64,000 nucleotides of DNA from Verrucomicrobiaceae bacterium (GTDB lineage Bacteria > Verrucomicrobiota > Verrucomicrobiia > Verrucomicrobiales > Akkermansiaceae), in NCBI GenBank assembly GCA_051252135.1, contig JBPOGH010000003.1, positions 237,738-301,737 of the forward strand. Direction: 5' to 3'. Numbering within the stretch: position 1 is the stretch's first letter; the number at the start of each line of letters is the position of its first letter. Shown here in pieces: positions 58,814 to 64,000 of the stretch. Below the pieces are notes generated by a model, which made no database searches, was not told the origin of the DNA, and saw only the letters and a list, made by a program, of their open reading frames with translations. The translations under genes were made by a program, and so were the position numbers.

Positions 58814-61480
58814 ATGAAACTCGGCCTCCTTCTCCTCACCCTTTCCCTCTCCCTCCAGGCCAACACCCTCGAGTGGGTCGCCGCCGGAGACCGCGTCAGC
58901 ATCTACCAGCAGGCCAACTGGATGGACCCCGCGACCGGCATCACCGCACCCGCCGGCTCGGTTGTCGGCAACACCCCGCTTGATACCAACCTCCTCATCC
59001 ACCACGGCACCCCCGGAGGAGGCAGCGGCGGAGGCGCAGACCTCTCCCTCGGCACCGGCCAACTCATCCTCAGTAGCACCACCTTCCGCCTCAACCGCGG
59101 AAAGGCCGCCGGCATCGACATGGGAACCACCAACCGGGAATTCTCCATCACCGACAGCAAGGTCTTCACCGATCACATCACCTCCGGAATCGTCACCATG
59201 TCCGGCCGTTCGGAGCTCACCCTCTACGCCCAAGACCCACTCACCAACACCACCATCGACCTCCGGTCCTCGGACTGCTTCGTCTTCTTCGAAAATCGAC
59301 TCCCCTCGGAAATCGATGGCAACTACCTCCTCAACTTCACGGTCTCCGGACAACCCGCCGTCCTCAATAACAACGTCGAAATCCGCCAGCACTACACAGG
59401 TGCCGTCCTTCGCCGAAAGCTCGGCTCCGGCCACGCCCTCAAAGCCTTCGCCGGCCCTGATCTCACCGGCCAACGCTGGAATCTCACCACCGGATTCAAA
59501 GGTAACATCGGCCTCGGCCTCTCCGCCTTTGACTCGGGCACCTACACCATCTCCGGCTGGGGATCGGACATCTGGGGCACCAGCGACCAATGCCACTTCC
59601 TCTACCGAAGCCTCACCGGCGATGGCGAAATCATCACCAAGGTCAACTCCATCGAGAACACCCACTTCTCCGCAAAAGGCGGCCTCATGATCCGTCAGGA
59701 CCTCTCCGCCGAATCCCCCAACGTCTTTCTCTTCCAACGCCCCGATAAAAAAGTCCTCTTCCAATCCCGCTCCACCCCCGGAGCCTCATCCACCTCCTCC
59801 TCCGGCTACGGAGACGGCACTCAAGTCAACTGGCTCCGCCTCGTCCGCGAAGGAAACACCTTCACCGGCTACCGCTCCATCGACAGCGCCTCCGGCCCCT
59901 GGAACCAAATCGGTAGCCCCCGCACCGTAGCCATGACCGACACCGTTCACATCGGACTCGCCGTCACCAGCCACATCGGCATCGAACGCGCCACCGCCGC
60001 CTTCTCCGGCCTCACCATGATGCAAGGCACCACCACCGTCGGAAATAGCGACATCGGCATCTTCAACGACTCTCGGGAAATCGACGCCGCCTGGCCCATC
60101 GACGACCAAATCAGCTCCTTTCTCCTCAAAAAAGGATACATGGCCGTCCTTGCCGAGCACGCCGGCGGTCAGGGCTTCAGCCAATTCTACGCCGCCACCG
60201 AGGCCGACCTCCTCGTCAACCTCCCCCCCGAGCTCGATAACAAAGTCACCTTCATGCGCATCCTCCCCTGGCGCTGGATCTCCAAAAAAGGCTGGGATGG
60301 CACCAACAACACCTTCCCCAACACCATCAAAGCCCACTGGAAATACGAATGGGAACCCACCGGCGCCTCCACCCTCAACTGGGAATTCGTCCCCATGATC
60401 CGCGGCCGATCCCAGGACAAGGACTTCCGCTGGGAAGAAGTCCGCGTCCGTGGCAACCAAACCCACTTCCTCGGCTTCAACGAACCGGAAGCCGCCAACC
60501 AGGGCGACCTCACCGTCGATGAAGCCATCGCCCTCTGGCCCAAAGCACAACAACTCGGCCTCCGCCTCGGCAGCCCCGCCCGCACCGATGGCAACAACGG
60601 CAACAACTGGCTTCAGGAATTCATGACCAAAGCCGACGCCAAAGGCTACCGCGTCGACTACACCTGCGTCCACAACTACAACCGCATGAGCGCCTCCGCC
60701 CTCAAATCCTTCCTCGACGCCGAGTTCGCCCGCTACGGACGCCCCATCTGGCTCACCGAGTTCCAACGCGCCAAAGGCGACAACCCCACCTCCGCCGACC
60801 ACCTCGCCTACCTCCAGGAAGTCCTCCCCATGCTCGAAGACCTCGATTACCTCGAGCGCTACGCCTACTACAACTTCAACATCACCGGCTCCCCCAACGA
60901 CAGCGCCTCCCTCTTTAATGGCGACGACTCCCCAAACGAAAAAGGCATCCTCTACCGCGACATCGGCTCCAACTCCGCCTACCGCAACACCGGTCAACCC
61001 GCCTGGGCCACTGCCTCCCTCGACCTCTCAAATAACGACGTCATCCTCACCGGCGACCAGGCTTCCATCACCACCACCATCTCCCTCGACCCTACCCTCA
61101 TCCAAAAGGTCGACTTCTTCGCCAACGGCACCCTCATCGCAACCGACACCACCTTCCCCTACCAACTCCCCACCTCCTCCCTCCCCCCCGGCAGCCAGGC
61201 CATCACCGCCCTCGTCACCACCACCTTCGCCGAAGAAATCACCACCACCGCCCGCCAAACCTTCGTCACCGACCTCGCCTTCACCACCCCCTCCCCCGGA
61301 CCGGATGGCTCCCTCACCTGGAACACCGTCCCCGGCGAAACCTACCGCCTCGAAACCAGCACCGACCTCTCCACCTGGACCCTCCTCGAACAACGCACCG
61401 CCAACTCCTTCCAGGACTCCACCACCCCCTCCAATTGGCTCTCCGACCCCCAACGCTTCTACCGCATCACCTGGGAATAG
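58814..61480 (+). CDS. Secreted glycoside hydrolase (GH128-like core) with ConA-like and Ig-like domains and C-terminal module
   Basis: FLGFNEPE, PIWLTEF, ERYAY; KGGLMIR ConA-like domain; ends QRFYRITWE. Confidence 0.75.
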   Translation: MKLGLLLLTLSLSLQANTLEWVAAGDRVSIYQQANWMDPATGITAPAGSVVGNTPLDTNLLIHHGTPGGGSGGGADLSLGTGQLILSSTTFRLNRGKAAGIDMGTTNREFSITDSKVFTDHITSGIVTMSGRSELTLYAQDPLTNTTIDLRSSDCFVFFENRLPSEIDGNYLLNFTVSGQPAVLNNNVEIRQHYTGAVLRRKLGSGHALKAFAGPDLTGQRWNLTTGFKGNIGLGLSAFDSGTYTISGWGSDIWGTSDQCHFLYRSLTGDGEIITKVNSIENTHFSAKGGLMIRQDLSAESPNVFLFQRPDKKVLFQSRSTPGASSTSSSGYGDGTQVNWLRLVREGNTFTGYRSIDSASGPWNQIGSPRTVAMTDTVHIGLAVTSHIGIERATAAFSGLTMMQGTTTVGNSDIGIFNDSREIDAAWPIDDQISSFLLKKGYMAVLAEHAGGQGFSQFYAATEADLLVNLPPELDNKVTFMRILPWRWISKKGWDGTNNTFPNTIKAHWKYEWEPTGASTLNWEFVPMIRGRSQDKDFRWEEVRVRGNQTHFLGFNEPEAANQGDLTVDEAIALWPKAQQLGLRLGSPARTDGNNGNNWLQEFMTKADAKGYRVDYTCVHNYNRMSASALKSFLDAEFARYGRPIWLTEFQRAKGDNPTSADHLAYLQEVLPMLEDLDYLERYAYYNFNITGSPNDSASLFNGDDSPNEKGILYRDIGSNSAYRNTGQPAWATASLDLSNNDVILTGDQASITTTISLDPTLIQKVDFFANGTLIATDTTFPYQLPTSSLPPGSQAITALVTTTFAEEITTTARQTFVTDLAFTTPSPGPDGSLTWNTVPGETYRLETSTDLSTWTLLEQRTANSFQDSTTPSNWLSDPQRFYRITWE

Positions 61481-61531
61481 CCCACCCTTGCCTACCCCAA
61501 TAAATGTTGCCAACAACACCCGGACTGAAAC

Positions 61532-62446
61532 CTATCCGTCCATGGAAGCAAAAATTCGGGAGAACGCATTGTGCGTGATTTCCTTGGCGAGCGGATGCTT
61601 AACGAGCCGCTCTCCGGTGATGGCATAGAAATCACTACCACATTCATCCTCCTTTGCGATGACCTTGAGGCCGTAGTGCTTCAATGCCTCCTGATCAACC
61701 ACGGTGTGAACCGTCGTAAATCCCAATCCACTCGCAGCAGCCACCTCCATCAAAGTGGAATCTTCGAATTCTCCAACCAACTGGGGTCGCACCCCCTTTC
61801 GATCAAACCAAGCCTCGAGAGCCCAGCGCATCCCCATATTTTCACTGGGTAAAACAGCCGGAGCACCATGAAGTGATTGCGGAAAATTTCGCCGCAGTTT
61901 CGTGGCCAGCTTCGGAACCGCGCAAAACGTGACCCCTGAGTGCCCCAGCCGATGATTGTAGGTTTTTGTTTTGACCGTCGTCGTTGCCGGTTCGTCGGCC
62001 AGAACCACGTCAAGCCGATGGGCTTGCAACTGATTCATCAACACCGCCAGCTCACCCTGTCGCGAAACGATCTGCGTAGGACGGGAAAAATGAAAAGCCG
62101 GTTTTAAAATCTCAAAGGCCATCAGCTTTGAGAGCGAATCGGTCATTCCCACATTCAAACGAAGTGCCCGCGTCTCGGACCCCTGGCCGATGGCGCTTAC
62201 CAGCTCGCGTCCCGCTGAAAAAATTTCATCCGCATAGGTCAATGCCAGGCGGCCTGCTTCCGTAAGCACCAACCCCCTTCCAGCCCGGTGAAAAAGAGCT
62301 TCGCCCAGAGAGTCTTCCAGAAGCCTGATCTGCGTACTGACCGAAGGTTGCGACACCCCTAATTCCTCGGCCGCTCGACGCACGCTCCCTGTTTTGGCGA
62401 CAGCCCAGAAATAACGCAAATGGTGGTAATTTAGGAAATCGATCAC
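61532..62446 (-). CDS. nhaR: LysR family transcriptional activator, NhaR-like
   Basis: LNYHHLRYFWAVAK.GS, FPQSLHGAP.VLP, GEFEDS.LM; start at GTG 62446. Confidence 0.85.
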   Translation of the reverse strand: MIDFLNYHHLRYFWAVAKTGSVRRAAEELGVSQPSVSTQIRLLEDSLGEALFHRAGRGLVLTEAGRLALTYADEIFSAGRELVSAIGQGSETRALRLNVGMTDSLSKLMAFEILKPAFHFSRPTQIVSRQGELAVLMNQLQAHRLDVVLADEPATTTVKTKTYNHRLGHSGVTFCAVPKLATKLRRNFPQSLHGAPAVLPSENMGMRWALEAWFDRKGVRPQLVGEFEDSTLMEVAAASGLGFTTVHTVVDQEALKHYGLKVIAKEDECGSDFYAITGERLVKHPLAKEITHNAFSRIFASMDG

Positions 62447-62548
62447 GTGTTCTATTCTTAGAAAAAAGTTAACGGTATGATTACTTCTAAGTCTTAGCCA
62501 ATGTGCCAGAGCCGGAGTAATCTCCAAGTGAAATCCAAACGAAACAAA

Positions 62549-62983
62549 ATGACGACCATGAATACTCCAACCCGGACAAACCCGATTCAGATCACCGAAA
62601 GAGACAAACGCCGCTTGGAAAAATTGATTGAGAGGACCACGGACAGTGACCGAAAAGAAGCAAACTTTGACTCCCTCATCGCAGAACTTGCGGAAGCAAC
62701 AGTCGTGAAGTCGGAAGCAATTCCACGCAACGTTGTCACAATGCGATCCTTGGTCTCCATTATTGATCAAGACACTTCCGAGCGTTTGCAATACCGATTG
62801 GTCTACCCTGATCAGATCGACCCCAACGCCAGTCAGGTATCCATCCAATCAACCTTGGGCACCAGCCTTCTCGGGCGCCAGACAGGAGATGAAATAGAAT
62901 GGTCCGGGCCTTCCGGCACACGGAGATTCGTGATCGCAAAAGTCGACTACCAACCTGAAGCCTCAAACACATACCATCTCTAA
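62549..62983 (+). CDS. rnk: Rnk-like GreA/GreB family regulator
   Basis: ITERD..RL, VVTMRS.V, LVYP, SIQSTLGTSLLG, VDYQPEA. Confidence 0.8.
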   Translation: MTTMNTPTRTNPIQITERDKRRLEKLIERTTDSDRKEANFDSLIAELAEATVVKSEAIPRNVVTMRSLVSIIDQDTSERLQYRLVYPDQIDPNASQVSIQSTLGTSLLGRQTGDEIEWSGPSGTRRFVIAKVDYQPEASNTYHL

Positions 62984-63104
62984 ACCGGCTCATTCACCAA
63001 AACTCCCGTTGCCACTGCTGGAAGCTTCAACGTTCACAGAATCGTTGGAGCTTCTTTTTTCCCGCCGAACCGCGGTAGACCCCGGTTTCAGGTGTCCTCT
63101 GGAA

Positions 63105-63680
63105 TTAAAACCGCACCCCTACCGCACCCTCATCCTCAAAAAGAATCCGGTGCTCTCTCTCCTTTAAAAGCCGCGGAAACGGAGCCAGCCGTTCGTTTAC
63201 CAAAATAATCTCACCCTCGTGCTCATCCATGAACACACTCATCGCCCGATAAGTGTCCTCATTATAAACAAGGAAGCTCGCCACCACCAAATCCACCTCG
63301 GGAAGCTCCAACTCCTCATAACGCCCCGCAACTGAAATCGCATTCTCAATGCCATTCTCAACCAACTGTTCCTGACAAAGCGACAGCGAGGTAAAGGAAA
63401 GATCGTTGATCCAAATCTGTTTCGCATGACGCCCCAGAATCAAGGTCTCGGCCCCCACCCCGGCACCAAGAACAAGCACCCGCTTGCCGCGAAACACCTC
63501 AATATTCCGCGCAAGCCAATCCGTCAAAACTGCCGTGATCGACCACCGCTTGTCATAATAAACCGCCACCCCTTCGCTCATCTCCGCAATGATTTCCCCC
63601 TCCACCCGCCGGTGACCCAGATTCATTAAAGAAAAAGTCTCCTCTCCTATCTGGACAGGCTGAAAGAGCGCTTGCGACAT
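63105..63680 (-). CDS. Class I SAM-dependent methyltransferase (protein N-methyltransferase-like)
   Basis: RW..LTDWL..RGKRVLVLGAGVG motif I. Confidence 0.75.
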   Translation of the reverse strand: MSQALFQPVQIGEETFSLMNLGHRRVEGEIIAEMSEGVAVYYDKRWSITAVLTDWLARNIEVFRGKRVLVLGAGVGAETLILGRHAKQIWINDLSFTSLSLCQEQLVENGIENAISVAGRYEELELPEVDLVVASFLVYNEDTYRAMSVFMDEHEGEIILVNERLAPFPRLLKEREHRILFEDEGAVGVRF

Positions 63681-63897
63681 GACCGGAGGGTGGCTGACCT
63701 TCGGGTATTTCACTAGAAGTTATCTCATAAATCACAACTCCCTCGGACAGGACGGAACCCTCGACCTTCCTGGCCAGGGTTCGGTCGCGTCCACCGCACT
63801 CAACACCTATTTTTCCATCCGGGAACTTGCTCGCCTCCCCTATTCAAAACCTTGATTTTCAGATGGTCTCCCTCCCTGATCTACGAGGGATTAGTGC

Positions 63898-63938
63898 AAA
63901 AAAAGAGCCCGATTCTTTCGTTAGAAAGAACCGGGCTT
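63898..63938 (-). terminator. Terminator downstream of the 5S rRNA
   Basis: Minus strand AAGCCCGGTTCTTTC-TAAC-GAAAGAATCGGGCTCTTTTTTT. Confidence 0.85.
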
Positions 63939-63941
63939 ATA

Positions 63942-64000
63942 CCTGGCGACGACCTACTCTCACAGGACCTATCGTCCCACTACCATCGGCGCTAGAGAGT
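63942..64000 (-). rRNA. rrf: 5S rRNA, 3' portion (continues beyond the window)
   Basis: CCTGGCGACGACCTACTCTCACAGGACC...CCCACTACCATCGGCGC is the reverse complement of a 5S 3' half. Confidence 0.92.

Noticed and set aside
1..64000. Genome-wide UGA reassignment (code 4 or 25) as the explanation for the in-frame TGAs
   Set aside because: TGA ends complete proteins here (SDR, DbpA, RlpA, monooxygenase) and Trp is encoded by TGG.
1..64000. CRISPR arrays, tRNAs, transposases, integrases, prophage or defence genes
   Set aside because: None recognised. The Tm-1 homology refers to a plant antiviral protein, but the context here is metabolic, so no defence role is claimed.

Overview
Bacterial chromosomal DNA of about 60% GC. 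It is most consistent with Verrucomicrobia (inferred from the PEP-CTERM protein, several Cys-type sulfatases, CotH/lamin-tail proteins and autotransporter-repeat proteins). It holds about 45 CDS: secreted glycan-active and surface proteins, an UPF0261-lsrF-epimerase-SDR operon, dbpA, prfC, a copper-handling cluster, dacB, rlpA, nhaR, rnk and the 3' end of a 5S rRNA. Main findings: (1) two ORF pairs joined through in-frame UGA codons, both candidate selenoproteins: a thioredoxin/PDZ protein with a double-UGA U-x-x-U-x-x-C motif, and a CRTAC1/ASPIC-UnbV FG-GAP protein with a SECIS-like hairpin; (2) seven unrelated secreted proteins share a C-terminal S-x-[DTA]-L-x(2-4)-W...[FY]-[YVF]-R module that appears interchangeable with PEP-CTERM, suggesting a protein-sorting system; (3) the two Tm-1 half genes lie about 21 kb apart, one of them in an lsrF operon; (4) GC skew inverts at about 33-37 kb. 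All calls are from reading motifs by eye; no database searches were run.
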